Notes under the pieces: generated by a model
Told to the model about the DNA's origin: nothing
What the model saw: the letters and a program-made list of their open reading frames with translations, nothing else
The model's database searches: none
From: a bacterium
GTDB taxonomy: Bacteria > CLD3 > SB21
Direction of reading: 5' to 3'
DNA: 64,000 nt
Assembly: GCA_019695335.1 (NCBI GenBank)
Contig: JAIBAF010000003.1
Span: 51,307-115,306 of the forward strand
Translations under genes and position numbers: made by a program
Shown here: in pieces, positions 1-11,500 of the stretch
Layout of the letters: each line of letters begins with the position of its first letter
Numbering within the stretch: the stretch's first letter is position 1

Positions 1-2
1 AT

Positions 3-809
3 GCCGCGATCAATCCCGGTAATAGCGGTGGCGCTTTGGTCAATATGAGCGGTGAGTTGTTGGGAATTAATACAGCTATCTTATCCCGCAGTGGCGGTTA
101 TGAAGGAATCGGTTTTGCTATCCCGGCCAATACCGCCAAAAATATTTTGGAACAAATTGTCAAAAACGGAAAAGTTTCGAGAGGTTACGTTGGCGTCGGT
201 ATTCAAGATATCGATGAAAGCGTCGCCAAAGCTCTGAATCTCAAAGATGCCAAAGGCGCTGTCATCAACCAGATTGTCAAAGACAGTCCTGCCGACCGTG
301 CAAACTTAAAAACGGGCGATGTTATTTTGAAAGTGGACGGCAAAGTCATCGACGATGCGACAGCATTACGTAAAACGGTATCTCAAAAAAGACCGGGCTC
401 TGACGTCGAACTAACCGTTTTCCGCGATGGTAAGGAAATGAACGTTAAATTAACACTGGCCGAAGCGCCGGGAGAAGTTCCGACTATCAAAGAAGAAGAC
501 GTGCCTGCGAAGAACAGTTCAGTGAGGCTTGGAATAAACGCCTCAGGATTGAATGCAGATATTGCTAATAAATACGGCGTCAATCCGAATGAAAAAGGCG
601 TGATTATTACACAAGTAGACCAAAATGGTCCCGCTTATCGCGGCGGATTGCGCGAAGGCGATGTTGTCAAACGTATCGGTCGTAAAGATATTACAAGCAT
701 AAAAGATTTTAATGATGCGATCAGCGAAATCGGCAAAGGCGATACGGCGCTATTCCTGATCAATCGACGCGGCGGTTCGTTATTTATTGCCTTCAGCGTA
801 CCTAACTAA
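3..809 (+). CDS. htrA: HtrA/DegP-family periplasmic serine endoprotease, 5'-truncated at the window edge (end of the trypsin-like domain plus two PDZ domains)
   Basis: The frame is open from nt 3. The translation 'INPGNSGGALVNMSGELLGINTAI' carries the catalytic-Ser GNSGGAL motif. Two PDZ-like segments follow ('GVGIQDI...', 'GVIITQVDQNGPAYRGGLREGDVV'). Confidence 0.85.
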   Translation, partial: AAINPGNSGGALVNMSGELLGINTAILSRSGGYEGIGFAIPANTAKNILEQIVKNGKVSRGYVGVGIQDIDESVAKALNLKDAKGAVINQIVKDSPADRANLKTGDVILKVDGKVIDDATALRKTVSQKRPGSDVELTVFRDGKEMNVKLTLAEAPGEVPTIKEEDVPAKNSSVRLGINASGLNADIANKYGVNPNEKGVIITQVDQNGPAYRGGLREGDVVKRIGRKDITSIKDFNDAISEIGKGDTALFLINRRGGSLFIAFSVPN

Positions 810-853
810 CCGTAAACGTGCGATAAGTCTAATTAATAATTTGAAAGCAACTT

Positions 854-897
854 AAGAGCATCAATCCCGATGCCGGGGTTGGTGCTCTTCTTCTATA
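854..897 (+). terminator. Putative rho-independent terminator after htrA
   Basis: Inverted repeat aagagca(854-860)/tgctctt(884-890) with an inner cccg/cggg stem, followed by cttcttct. Confidence 0.4.
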
Positions 898-926
898 CAT
901 GATGCAGTGAATCTACAAAGGAATGA

Positions 927-3362
927 ATGATGACTAAAAATCTGGACGAGCAAATTTCGACCAAAGAAAAGAAAAAAAAGAATCAACTGCCTACATCGCT
1001 GCCAATCATACCGTTGCGTAATACCGTGCTTTTCCCGCAACAAATTATGCCTTTATCCATTGGTCGGGATAAGACGTTGAAGCTTGTTTCAGAACATTCC
1101 GATGCAAACCGGCTGGTGGGTGTCGTCGCGCAGATTGACAGCGGCGTCGAAAATCCATCTCCTAAAGACATGTATGAATACGGCGTTGCCGCGACGATCA
1201 TGCGAGTCTTCGACATGCCTGACGGCAGTAAAAGTGTAATTGTTCAGGGTGTTCAACGCGTCAAACTGACCGAATTTTTGCAAGATGATCCGTATTGGAT
1301 TGCTCAAATTGAAGAGCTTCACGAAATTCCCGTAGAAGCAAGTGATATTGAAGTAGACGCGTTGGTACTGAATATCAAAAATATTTTCCAAAAGATGGCT
1401 TCTTTGGCGCCCTATATAACGGCCGAACAGACGTCCATGATTCTCAATATTCAACAACCGGCGCGCGTGGCCGATGTCGCGATCGCATCGTTGAATATTT
1501 CAACATCCGAAAAGCAGGAATTGTTGCAAACCCTTAATGTCAAAGAACGTTTGGAAAAAGCCCATGTCGTTTTGAATCGTGTTCTCCAAACGCTGGAACT
1601 GGGTAATAAAATTCAATCTGATGTTCAGGATGAGATCAGTAAAACTCAAAGAGAATATTATCTTCGCGAACAATTGAAAGCAATTCAACGCGAACTTGGC
1701 GAGACAGAGTCGAGCAATCCGGAAATTCAGGAACTCCGTGAAAAGATTGAAAAAGCGAAAATGCCAAAAGAAGCTATGGAAGTCGCTAAGAAAGAAGTAG
1801 AACGGCTTTCCAGAATGTCACCGATGGCGGCAGAATATACTGTATCGCGAACATACATTGATTGGCTGATTGAGTTGCCATGGACGACTGCTACGGAAGA
1901 CAATCTTCAGATTAATGACGCCCATAAGCGTTTGGAGGCGGATCACTACGGTCTGGAAAAAGTCAAAAATCGCATTTTGGAATATCTAGCTGTTCGCAAA
2001 CTTAAAAATGACATGCGTGGTCCAATTCTTTGTTTCGTAGGACCTCCGGGAGTAGGTAAAACGTCATTAGGCCGATCGATTGCCAATGCCTTGGGAAGGA
2101 AATTCGTCCGGATGTCGCTTGGAGGCATTCGCGATGAAGCGGAAATTCGTGGGCATCGCCGGACGTACATCGGAGCTTTACCTGGCCGGGTTGTGCAGGG
2201 TTTACGCCGGGCCGGAACGATCAATCCTGTTTTTATGTTGGATGAAATTGACAAAGTCGGTATGGATTTTCGCGGCGATCCGTCCAGTGCTTTACTGGAA
2301 GTATTGGATCCCGAACAAAATAATTCTTTCAGTGATCACTATTTGGATGTTCCGGTCGATCTTTCAAAAGTACTGTTCATTGCAACAGCGAATCTCGCCG
2401 ATCCAATCTTACCGGCTTTGCGCGATCGCATGGAATTGATAGAGATTCCGGGGTATACTGAAGAAGAGAAAATGCATATCGTGAATAAATTTATTATTCC
2501 GAAACAAATTGCTGAACACGGATTGAAAGGAAATCAGGTTAGATTTAATGCCGATGCGATCAAGATGATTATTCATCAATATACACGTGAAGCAGGCTTG
2601 CGTAATCTTGAACGTGAAATAGCGGCCATTTGCCGTGCCGTTGCAAGAGAAGTGGCTGAAGGCAAGTTGACTAAAAAAACGGTGGATAAGAAGAGTGTTG
2701 ATCACTACCTCGGAAAAATAAAATTTTATTCTGAAGCAGCCGAACGAATCAAAAAGCCCGGTGTGGTTACCGGCTTGGCATGGACAGCCGCCGGCGGCGA
2801 TATCCTTTTTATTGAAGCGACCAAAATGAAAGGAAAGGGTAGCCTTACACTCACCGGACAACTCGGTGACGTTATGAAAGAATCTGCTGTAGCCGCGTTA
2901 AGCCAGATTCGCTCGCAAGCCGATGAACTGGGAATTCCCGACGACTTCGATAAAATTGACATTCATATTCACGTTCCGGCCGGAGGAATTCCAAAAGACG
3001 GACCGTCAGCCGGTATTACTATGTTCACAGCGATTTTATCGCTGTTGACAGACACTATTGTCCGTAAAGATATAGCGATGACCGGCGAGGTGACTTTACG
3101 AGGTGCAGTACTGCCGATAGGAGGCGTTAAAGAAAAAGTTTTGGCCGCACACCGGGCTGGAATCAAAACGGTTATTTTACCGGATAAAAATGAGAAAGAC
3201 GTCGACGAAGTGCCCAAACAGATCCGCAAAGAAATGAAATTTTTATTTGTCAACGAAGTGACTCAAGTCATGGAACATGCTCTGAACCTTCATTCGAAAA
3301 ATTCTAAAAACGGAACAGCGCGGAATAATGGCGCCAAAAGTAAGCTAAAAAGAAAAAATTGA
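927..3362 (+). CDS. lon: ATP-dependent Lon protease (La)
   Basis: 811 aa with an N-terminal LON substrate-binding domain, a Walker A 'GPPGVGKTS' and a proteolytic domain 'PKDGPSAGITMFTA' (catalytic Ser). Confidence 0.95.
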   Translation: MMTKNLDEQISTKEKKKKNQLPTSLPIIPLRNTVLFPQQIMPLSIGRDKTLKLVSEHSDANRLVGVVAQIDSGVENPSPKDMYEYGVAATIMRVFDMPDGSKSVIVQGVQRVKLTEFLQDDPYWIAQIEELHEIPVEASDIEVDALVLNIKNIFQKMASLAPYITAEQTSMILNIQQPARVADVAIASLNISTSEKQELLQTLNVKERLEKAHVVLNRVLQTLELGNKIQSDVQDEISKTQREYYLREQLKAIQRELGETESSNPEIQELREKIEKAKMPKEAMEVAKKEVERLSRMSPMAAEYTVSRTYIDWLIELPWTTATEDNLQINDAHKRLEADHYGLEKVKNRILEYLAVRKLKNDMRGPILCFVGPPGVGKTSLGRSIANALGRKFVRMSLGGIRDEAEIRGHRRTYIGALPGRVVQGLRRAGTINPVFMLDEIDKVGMDFRGDPSSALLEVLDPEQNNSFSDHYLDVPVDLSKVLFIATANLADPILPALRDRMELIEIPGYTEEEKMHIVNKFIIPKQIAEHGLKGNQVRFNADAIKMIIHQYTREAGLRNLEREIAAICRAVAREVAEGKLTKKTVDKKSVDHYLGKIKFYSEAAERIKKPGVVTGLAWTAAGGDILFIEATKMKGKGSLTLTGQLGDVMKESAVAALSQIRSQADELGIPDDFDKIDIHIHVPAGGIPKDGPSAGITMFTAILSLLTDTIVRKDIAMTGEVTLRGAVLPIGGVKEKVLAAHRAGIKTVILPDKNEKDVDEVPKQIRKEMKFLFVNEVTQVMEHALNLHSKNSKNGTARNNGAKSKLKRKN

Positions 3363-3393
3363 TTCACGCCTAACATTTTCCTGAAAGGAAAAT

Positions 3394-5334
3394 ATGGACA
3401 AACAGAAATTACAAATTCCGATTATTCTGGGTATTTTGCTTCTTTTCGTATTGCTCAACCCGATTTTATTTTCATCGCATCCGGACTTAGAAATCACTTA
3501 TAAAGAATTTCGCGATTATTTAAGCGCTGGCCAAATCGATGAAGTTCAGATTACCAATGAAAAAATTTACGGCAAATTCAAATTGCCTGACAGCCTTGCC
3601 GCAGTTCAGGATCAACAGACCGATGAAACGACCGATATAGTTGAGCGCATTCGCAGCGGTAATATTTTTGAAGCTTTCAAGAAAGATCTTCGAAAACCAT
3701 TTATCGTTACCACGCTTTCAGATGACAAATTGGTTGAAGATCTGCAAAAAGCCGGCGTTAATTATAAAGGAGTGATTGACAGTAATTGGCTGGAGAACAT
3801 TCTAATCTATTGGATTTTTCCGTTGCTGCTGCTTTTTATGTTGTGGGGATTCATATTTCGCCGAATGAGCGGCGGCGCTAACGTGATGAACATTGGAAAA
3901 AGTAAAGCAAAGATTTACGCTGCCGATCCGCGAAGCCGCGTGACATTTCAGGATGTGGCCGGAGTCGATGAAGTGATCGAAGAAGTGCGCGAAATTGTCG
4001 ATTTTCTTAAAAGCCCTAAAAAATATACCAAGCTTGGTGCAAAATTGCCTAAAGGCGTTTTATTAGTCGGGCCTCCGGGAACCGGCAAGACTTTATTGGC
4101 TAAGGCTGTAGCCGGCGAAGCTAATGTGCCTTTTTTCAATCTAAGCGGTTCGGATTTTGTTGAAATGTTCGTCGGTGTGGGTGCGGCGCGTGTGCGTGAT
4201 CTTTTCGGTGAAGCTAAATCCAAAGCGCCGTGTATCATTTTTATCGACGAAATTGACGCCATCGGACGCAGCCGTGCCAAAGGTTTCGTAATGGGCGGGC
4301 ATGATGAACGCGAAAATACGCTCAATCAATTATTGGTTGAAATGGATGGATTCAATTCGGACAAAGGTGTTATTATTATGGGCGCGACCAATCGTCCGGA
4401 TGTTCTTGATGCTGCATTATTACGTCCCGGACGTTTTGACCGCCAAATCGTCTTGGATCGCCCGGATTTGAATGCACGCGTTGAGATTTTTAAAGTTCAT
4501 ACCAAAGGCATGCCGCTCGCTGACGACATTGATTTGAAAGCTTTGGCCGCACAGACGCCCGGTTTTGCCGGTGCCGAAATTGCTAACGTATGCAATGAAG
4601 CCTCGTTACTCGCATCACGAAAAGATAAAGAACGTATTGCCATGACAGATTTCCAGGAAGCCATCGAACGCGTCATCGGCGGCTTGGAAAAGAAAAATAA
4701 GATCATTAGCCCGCGTGAACGTAATATTGTTGCTTATCACGAAGCAGGCCATGCGATAGTCGGGCACTATCTGAAAAATGCCGACCCTGTTCACAAAGTA
4801 TCGATTGTGCCTCGCGGAATCGGGGCTTTAGGGTATACGTTACAAACGCCATTAGAAGATCGCTATTTATTGTCGCGCGATGAATTGATTGAACGTTTGT
4901 GCAGTTTGCTCGGTGGACGGGCGGCAGAAGACATCGTATTTAATCAGATATCCACCGGAGCTTCCAATGATCTTGAACGAGTGACAGAAATCGCCACGCG
5001 TATGGTTACCACGTACGGCATGAGTGAAAAACTCGGCAACGTGTCTTTTACGGATAATAGCCAACAAAATTTCCTTGGCGGTGTCAATATGAAATCATAC
5101 AGCGAAGACACCGCGCGGCTTATTGATGCGGAAGTTAAACGCATTATCGATGAAGCCTATCAAAAAACCAAAGATCTTTTGAACGAAAAACGCAATAAGC
5201 TCGAAGAGTTGGCTAAACAATTGCTGGCCAAAGAAGTTCTCGATAAAAAAGCAATCGAGGAAATTTTAGGCGAAAAACCGGTCAGCGATAATGGTAAATT
5301 CGAACGGGAACTGATTAACGAATCCAATTCCTGA
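3394..5334 (+). CDS. ftsH: ATP-dependent zinc metalloprotease FtsH
   Basis: 646 aa with two TM segments, Walker A 'GPPGTGKT', a second region of homology, and the zinc motif 'HEAGHAIVG'. Confidence 0.95.
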   Translation: MDKQKLQIPIILGILLLFVLLNPILFSSHPDLEITYKEFRDYLSAGQIDEVQITNEKIYGKFKLPDSLAAVQDQQTDETTDIVERIRSGNIFEAFKKDLRKPFIVTTLSDDKLVEDLQKAGVNYKGVIDSNWLENILIYWIFPLLLLFMLWGFIFRRMSGGANVMNIGKSKAKIYAADPRSRVTFQDVAGVDEVIEEVREIVDFLKSPKKYTKLGAKLPKGVLLVGPPGTGKTLLAKAVAGEANVPFFNLSGSDFVEMFVGVGAARVRDLFGEAKSKAPCIIFIDEIDAIGRSRAKGFVMGGHDERENTLNQLLVEMDGFNSDKGVIIMGATNRPDVLDAALLRPGRFDRQIVLDRPDLNARVEIFKVHTKGMPLADDIDLKALAAQTPGFAGAEIANVCNEASLLASRKDKERIAMTDFQEAIERVIGGLEKKNKIISPRERNIVAYHEAGHAIVGHYLKNADPVHKVSIVPRGIGALGYTLQTPLEDRYLLSRDELIERLCSLLGGRAAEDIVFNQISTGASNDLERVTEIATRMVTTYGMSEKLGNVSFTDNSQQNFLGGVNMKSYSEDTARLIDAEVKRIIDEAYQKTKDLLNEKRNKLEELAKQLLAKEVLDKKAIEEILGEKPVSDNGKFERELINESNS

Positions 5335-5417
5335 TTGCATAAATTAAAGCCGTTTAGTATCTTCGCTCCGGTTAAACGAACCGATTTTCCGGAGCGATTT
5401 CATTTATAACTGTACTA

Positions 5418-7031
5418 TTGAACATGAAAATTTTAATCAGCGACGAAATGTCTTCGGCTTGCGTCGAAAAACTTCAAACAAACTTTGAGGTTGATTACAA
5501 AACCGGATTAACTCAAGAACAATTATTGGCCATTGTTCCGCAATATTCAGCATGGGTCGTTCGGAGTTCAACCAAAGTGACCGCTAAACTTATCGAAGCC
5601 GGAACGTCTCTTAAAATCATCGGCCGTGCCGGTGCCGGCGTCGATAATATCGACGTCGAAGCCGCTACTCAGCGCGGAATTGTCGTAATGAACACACCCG
5701 GCGGCAATACTATTTCAACAGCCGAACACACGATCGCAATGATCATGGCGTTGTCGCGGAATATTCCGCAAGCCGATCAAAGCGTGAAAAAAGGCGAATG
5801 GAAAAAATCAAAATTTACCGGAACTGAATTATTTGAAAAAACGCTGGGCGTGCTGGGCGTCGGCAAAGTAGGGCGCGAAGTGGCGATCCGCATGAAGTCA
5901 TTTGGTATGAATGTGATCGGTTACGATCCGATTTTTTCAAATGAAGAAGCCGAGAGAATTGGAATTCGTTTAGTTTCTTTAAATGAACTCTTTGCTTCGT
6001 CAGACTACATTACTATTCACACGCCGTTGAATAAAGCTACTGAAAATCTGATCAATCACGATACTTTAAAGCAGTGCAAAGACGGCGTTAAAATCGTTAA
6101 TTGTGCGCGGGGAGGAATTATAGACGAGACGGCTTTACAGGAAGCCTTGACATCCGGTAAAGTTTCAGGAGCAGCTTTGGACGTTTTTGCCGCTGAGCCG
6201 CCCGGCGATCATCCGCTGTTTAAATTGCCTAATGTCATTACAACGCCGCATCTTGGGGCTTCGACTGAAGAAGCACAGGAGAAAGTCGCTATTCAAATTG
6301 CCGAACAATTAATCAGCGCTCTTAACGGCAAAACCATTACCGGCGCGGTCAATTTGATGCCGATCGATCAGGATGTATTTTCCAAAAGCGCCGCGTATCT
6401 CCGGTTAACCAGCCGTATGGGACATTTTGCTTCGCAATGGATCAACAGTCCGATAAGCAAGATCAACGTTCATTATTTTGGCGATGTATTGCATCATCCA
6501 ACGAATCTGCTGACGCAAACACTGATTGCCGGACTTTTCAAAACGATGATCGAGCAAGTCAATATTGTCAATGCACCGGCGATTGCCAGAAAACAGGGCA
6601 TTGATATTTCAGAAACACGTAGTACGGAGCATCAGGATTTTACTCATTTGATAACGCTTGAGATAGTGACTAATGACCGGTCCCAGTTTTTATGGGGAAC
6701 ATTATACGGAAAGAATGATCCTCGTATTGTAGGTATCAATGGCTACATTTTTGATGCACACCTCGATGGCGCGATGTTGGTTTTATCTAATGAAGATAAA
6801 CCGGGTATGATCGGACGACTTGGCACCATTCTTGGAAATCATGGAATTAATATAGCCCAAATGTCGCTTGGGAGAAAAGGAGCGGGAGGCAAAGCCATGA
6901 CCATCCTTAATGTTGACGATGCATGCGCCGATAATGTTATCCGTGAACTGGAAAAGCAAGGATTCACAGACATTCGGTTTATCCAAATAACAAATGAATT
7001 TGAACCGTATCGTTTCAGAGTTTCAGAATAA
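5418..7031 (+). CDS. serA: D-3-phosphoglycerate dehydrogenase, long form with C-terminal ASB/ACT domains
   Basis: 537 aa with the NAD-binding motif 'GVLGVGKVGREVA', the 2-hydroxyacid dehydrogenase catalytic region 'CARGGIIDE', and a C-terminal ACT-like region. Confidence 0.9.
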   Translation: MNMKILISDEMSSACVEKLQTNFEVDYKTGLTQEQLLAIVPQYSAWVVRSSTKVTAKLIEAGTSLKIIGRAGAGVDNIDVEAATQRGIVVMNTPGGNTISTAEHTIAMIMALSRNIPQADQSVKKGEWKKSKFTGTELFEKTLGVLGVGKVGREVAIRMKSFGMNVIGYDPIFSNEEAERIGIRLVSLNELFASSDYITIHTPLNKATENLINHDTLKQCKDGVKIVNCARGGIIDETALQEALTSGKVSGAALDVFAAEPPGDHPLFKLPNVITTPHLGASTEEAQEKVAIQIAEQLISALNGKTITGAVNLMPIDQDVFSKSAAYLRLTSRMGHFASQWINSPISKINVHYFGDVLHHPTNLLTQTLIAGLFKTMIEQVNIVNAPAIARKQGIDISETRSTEHQDFTHLITLEIVTNDRSQFLWGTLYGKNDPRIVGINGYIFDAHLDGAMLVLSNEDKPGMIGRLGTILGNHGINIAQMSLGRKGAGGKAMTILNVDDACADNVIRELEKQGFTDIRFIQITNEFEPYRFRVSE

Positions 7032-7821
7032 TAACGTGACAAAGGCAGGTAAAATATTTCGTATTGCAGCGTTGACGCTAACGGTTGGCGCTTCTTTATT
7101 TCCATTGATCTGGATGCTCGGACAATCGTTGAAAGGCTACACTCAAGGATGGTCTTTTCAAAGTTACGTTGATGTGTGGAATTCTGGCCTTTTTGGGCGA
7201 TATTTTTTTAACAGCGTTTTAGTCGCATTGTGTGTCACGTGCGGCAATTTGCTTTTCTGTTCATTGACAGGTTATTTTTTTGCACGGCAAAAATTTCCTT
7301 ATAAAAACCTGATTTTTGCCAGCGTGCTATTGACGCTGATCATCCCGGCGCAAATTGTAATGGTTCCGATGTATGTGATGATGCATGCGTGGGGATGGCT
7401 AGATTCTTATTGGGCTTTGATTGTTCCATGGTTAGTCAATCCTTTTGGGATATTTTTGATGAAACAATACTTTGAAAGTTTGCCGGTGAGTATTGAGGAA
7501 TCGGCAAAATTAGATGGCGCCAACGACTGGTCAATCCTGTTTAAAATTGTCATGCCCATTGCCAAACCGGCCCTCGCTGTGCTCGGAATTTATATTTTTG
7601 TAAATAACTGGAATCAATTTTTATTTCCATTTTTGTTTGTTGATTCCGATACAATGAGGACGTTACCGGTCGGCTTGGCATTTTACAGCGGTTATCAGGA
7701 TATTGATATCCGTCATCTCATGGCCGGCGCATCCATCGCCTCGATTCCAATGATCTTGGTGTTCTTGATTTTTCAGCGACAAATAATTGCCGGATTGGTT
7801 GCAGGTTCGATTAAGGAGTAA
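6994..7821 (+). CDS. Carbohydrate ABC transporter permease (MalG/CUT1-like inner-membrane component). The start is uncertain: ATG at 6994 overlaps serA by 38 nt, and an alternative GTG lies at 7036.
   Basis: Six predicted TM helices. EAA loop 'EESAKLDGANDWSILFKIVMPIAKPAL'. No partner permease, solute-binding protein or ATPase is adjacent. Confidence 0.8.
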   Translation: MNLNRIVSEFQNNNVTKAGKIFRIAALTLTVGASLFPLIWMLGQSLKGYTQGWSFQSYVDVWNSGLFGRYFFNSVLVALCVTCGNLLFCSLTGYFFARQKFPYKNLIFASVLLTLIIPAQIVMVPMYVMMHAWGWLDSYWALIVPWLVNPFGIFLMKQYFESLPVSIEESAKLDGANDWSILFKIVMPIAKPALAVLGIYIFVNNWNQFLFPFLFVDSDTMRTLPVGLAFYSGYQDIDIRHLMAGASIASIPMILVFLIFQRQIIAGLVAGSIKE

Positions 7822-7831
7822 AATTCATAAA

Positions 7832-8533
7832 ATGGTTATTGCGGTTATTTCGGACATTCATGCTAATCTTGAAGCATTGACACGGGCGCTGGAAGTCATT
7901 GACGAATTGAAGGCAGATGAGATCATTTGCCTTGGGGATGTGGTCGGGTATGGACCCGATCCTGATGCCTGTGTAACTTTGATTCGTCAGCGTTGCAAAG
8001 TAGTACTTTTAGGCAATCATGATCATGCGGCGTTACATACGGATGCCGCGGCCAATTTCAACAATTTTGCAAAACAAGCTGTGTTATGGACAGCAGAACA
8101 TCTGAGCGCTGAGAGCAAAAATTATCTAAGTAATTTGCCTTATACATACAAACGCGATAATATTTTGTTCGTACATGCTACGCCGATGAATCCGGAAAAA
8201 TGGCATTATATTTTCACGTATGAAGAGGCTCAAAAGCACTTTATGCACTTCACTGAAAACATTTGTTTCGTAGGACATACTCATTTCCCGGGTATTTATA
8301 GTAATTCTCCCGAGGCAAAAAAGATTAACAAGGAAAATCAATTTATCATTAATGTTGGCAGTGTGGGGCAGCCACGCGACGGAAATTATCGTATTAGTTT
8401 TGGCTTATTTGATGATACCGAATGGAGTTATAAACACGTCCGTGCGGAATATGATGTAACGACAACTTTTAATAAAATCAAAAATAACGGACTGCCGGAT
8501 TACCTGGCCGAACGCTTAATCCAGGGACGATAA
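7832..8533 (+). CDS. Metallophosphoesterase (calcineurin-like phosphoesterase, YfcE/MJ0936 type)
   Basis: Motifs 'ISDIHAN', 'CLGDVVGYG', 'GNHDH' and 'GHTH'. An AAGGAG lies 12 nt upstream of the ATG at 7832. The longer ORF from 7787 would overlap the permease. Confidence 0.85.
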   Translation: MVIAVISDIHANLEALTRALEVIDELKADEIICLGDVVGYGPDPDACVTLIRQRCKVVLLGNHDHAALHTDAAANFNNFAKQAVLWTAEHLSAESKNYLSNLPYTYKRDNILFVHATPMNPEKWHYIFTYEEAQKHFMHFTENICFVGHTHFPGIYSNSPEAKKINKENQFIINVGSVGQPRDGNYRISFGLFDDTEWSYKHVRAEYDVTTTFNKIKNNGLPDYLAERLIQGR

Positions 8534-8556
8534 ATAATCAGGAGCATACGGATTTC

Positions 8557-11500
8557 ATGATCAATTTATTATTAAAAACGATTTTCGGAGACAAACATGT
8601 CCGCGATATTAAAAAGATATTGCCGCTCGTTGAAGAAATAAATCGTTATGACGCCGAATTTGAAAAGTTAAGCGATGACGAGTTAAAACAAAAAACGGCT
8701 GAGTTCAAAAAGAAAATCAAAGATAATACCGTAGAAGAAGCCGCCGAAGTAGAAAAAGTGCGTGAAACTATTCGGTCAAACGCCGACCCCAATAAAGCCA
8801 AAGACCTGATTGATTCGCTTAAGGCTGCAGAAAAACATTTAACGGATGTTGAGAGAGCTGTGCTGGACGATATTTTACCTGAAGCATTTGCATGCGTAAA
8901 ACAGGCGATGAAACGTTTGAAAGGGCAGTCATGGGATGTATGTGGGCGTCAAATCACCTGGGACATGGTTCCGTATGACGTTCAGTTGATAGGCGGAATC
9001 GTATTGCATCAGGGTAAGATTTCAGAAATGGCAACCGGCGAAGGTAAAACGCTGGTGGCTGTTGCTCCCATTTATCTGAATGCTCTTACGGGTCGCGGTG
9101 TACATCTTGTGACGGTCAATGATTACCTGGCGCTTCGCGATAAAGAATGGATGGGACGCGTGTACGAGTATATGGGACTGACTATTGGCGTCATTCTGAA
9201 TGATATGAATCCGCAACAGCGCAGGGTCGCTTATGGCTGCGATATTACGTACGGAACCAATAACGAATTCGGTTTTGATTATTTACGCGATAACATGGCG
9301 ACATCACCGGATGATGTTGTTCAGGTCCGAGGACATTATTATGCCATTGTGGACGAAGTAGACTCCGTACTTATCGATGAAGCTCGTACTCCTTTGATCA
9401 TCAGCGGCGCCGTCGATGCGCCAACCAATCAAAAATATGAGGAAATGAACGGCGCGGTCAAAAAGTTAGTTGATTTGCAAACCCGATTAGTGAATCAACT
9501 GGTTGCAGACGGCGAAAAGTTAGCCGAAGCCGGAGATGAAAAAGAAGCCGGAAAAAAATTCTTGATGGCAATGCGAGGAGCACCGAAAAACAAACGTTTG
9601 ATGAAAGCCATGAAGGAAGAGGGCATTGCCGCTTTAATTCAAGGAACCGAAAATGAATACCTTCGCGATAAGAAAATGCATGAGATCGACGAAGAGCTGT
9701 ATTTTGCTATCGACGAAAAAAATCATTCCATCGATCTCACTGAAAAAGGTCGAAACACGCTTTCACCATCGAATCCGGAAACGTTCGTGATCCCGGATCT
9801 TTCCGATGAAATCATCAAGATTGACACGAATTCAGGTTTGAGTGATCACGAAAAAGTTATCAAGAAAGACGAATTGGGAAAATTATATTCCGAACGCAGC
9901 GATCGTATCCATAGTATGGAGAAATTACTGACGGCATATTCACTTTATGAAAAAGACGTCGAATATGTTGTGCAGGACGGAAAAGTTCAAATCGTTGACG
10001 AATTTACAGGACGTATCCTTTCCGGCCGGCGTTACAGCGACGGTTTGCATCAGGCGATTGAAGCTAAAGAAGGCGTCAAAGTCGAACGCGATACTCAAAC
10101 GCTTGCGACAATTACGTTACAAAATTATTTTCGATTGTACAGCAAATTGGCCGGTATGACCGGTACGGCAGTGACTGAATCGACAGAATTCTGGGAAATA
10201 TACAAACTGGATGTCACGGTTATTCCGACCAATCGAAAAATTGTCCGTGGAGATCACGAAGACCAGATTTACCGTACCAAGCGCGAAAAATATAATGCTG
10301 TGGTTGATTTAGTATCGCAAAATTGTAAAGACGGTAAACCTACGCTCGTTGGAACTACATCGGTGGACGTTTCGGAAACGCTCAGCCGTATGTTGACCCG
10401 TAAAGGCGTCAAGCACGAAGTACTCAACGCAAAACAAAATCAGCGCGAAGCTGAAATTGTCGCTAACGCAGGCCGAAAATTTGCCGTCACCATTGCTACG
10501 AATATGGCCGGTCGTGGTACGGATATTAAATTAGGCGATGGCATTAAAGAATTAGGCGGTCTGCAGATTATCGGTACAGAACGGCATGAATCACGGCGAA
10601 TCGATCTACAGCTACGCGGGCGAAGCGGTCGGCAGGGCGATCCGGGTGCTTCAGTTTTCTTTATTTCCCTCGAAGATGATTTGATGCGTTTATTCGGATC
10701 GGAAAGAATTGCCCGCGTTATGGACCGGCTTGGAGCGGAAGAGGGGGAAGTCATTTCACACCGCTGGATTACGAAAGCGGTCGAACGCGCCCAAAAGAAA
10801 GTCGAAATGCGTAATTTCAGCATCCGTAAACGTTTGCTGGAATACGATAACGTAATGAATCAACAGCGCGAAATCATTTACTCACGCCGCCGTCGTGCGC
10901 TGATGAATGAAAACATTAAAACTGAATTTCTGGAAATCATGGATGAATTTATCGAGCTCTTGTTTGATAAATTTACCAATAAACAGCAACATCCGGAAGA
11001 CTGGGATCTGGATGGGTTACAGGAATTTTTACTTCGTACGTGCGGTATTCAAATAAGCAAAGAAGATTTTTATTCCATCCGGTTAGAACAATTCAGTGAA
11101 AAACTCCGTTCAATTCTGGATGGACGTTATGAAACACGTGAGCAAGTATGGACTTCTGAGAATATGCGGCGCATTGAACGCATTGCTATTCTTAAAACCA
11201 TCGATGAACGTTGGAAGGAACATTTGCGTGAAATGGAGGAATTCAAAGAAGGTATCCATTTACGCGGTTATGGTCAGAAAGATCCCCTGATCGAATATAA
11301 GACTGAAGGTTTTGACATGTTCATGCAACTGCTGGATCGGATCACAACCGAAGCGGTTGAATTTGTTTTCAGAGCAGAACCCGTTCAAGAGATGGAACAA
11401 CAAATGATCAAGCGCGCACGCGCCATGAAAACCGTGCATGCATCATCGGATGGAATGGGCTACAGCGGTGGAGGTGAACAGGCGCAGGAACAGAAAGCAC

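Noticed and set aside
2409-2861. 150-aa minus-strand ORF inside lon
   Set aside because: It is antisense to a strongly conserved Lon segment and has no recognisable motifs; it is a typical shadow ORF.
3948-4325. 125-aa minus-strand ORF inside ftsH
   Set aside because: It is antisense to the FtsH AAA domain and its Ser/Thr/Pro-rich composition suggests a non-coding frame.
10440-10823. 127-aa Arg/Ser-rich minus-strand ORF inside secA
   Set aside because: It is antisense to conserved SecA motifs, and the composition is low-complexity.
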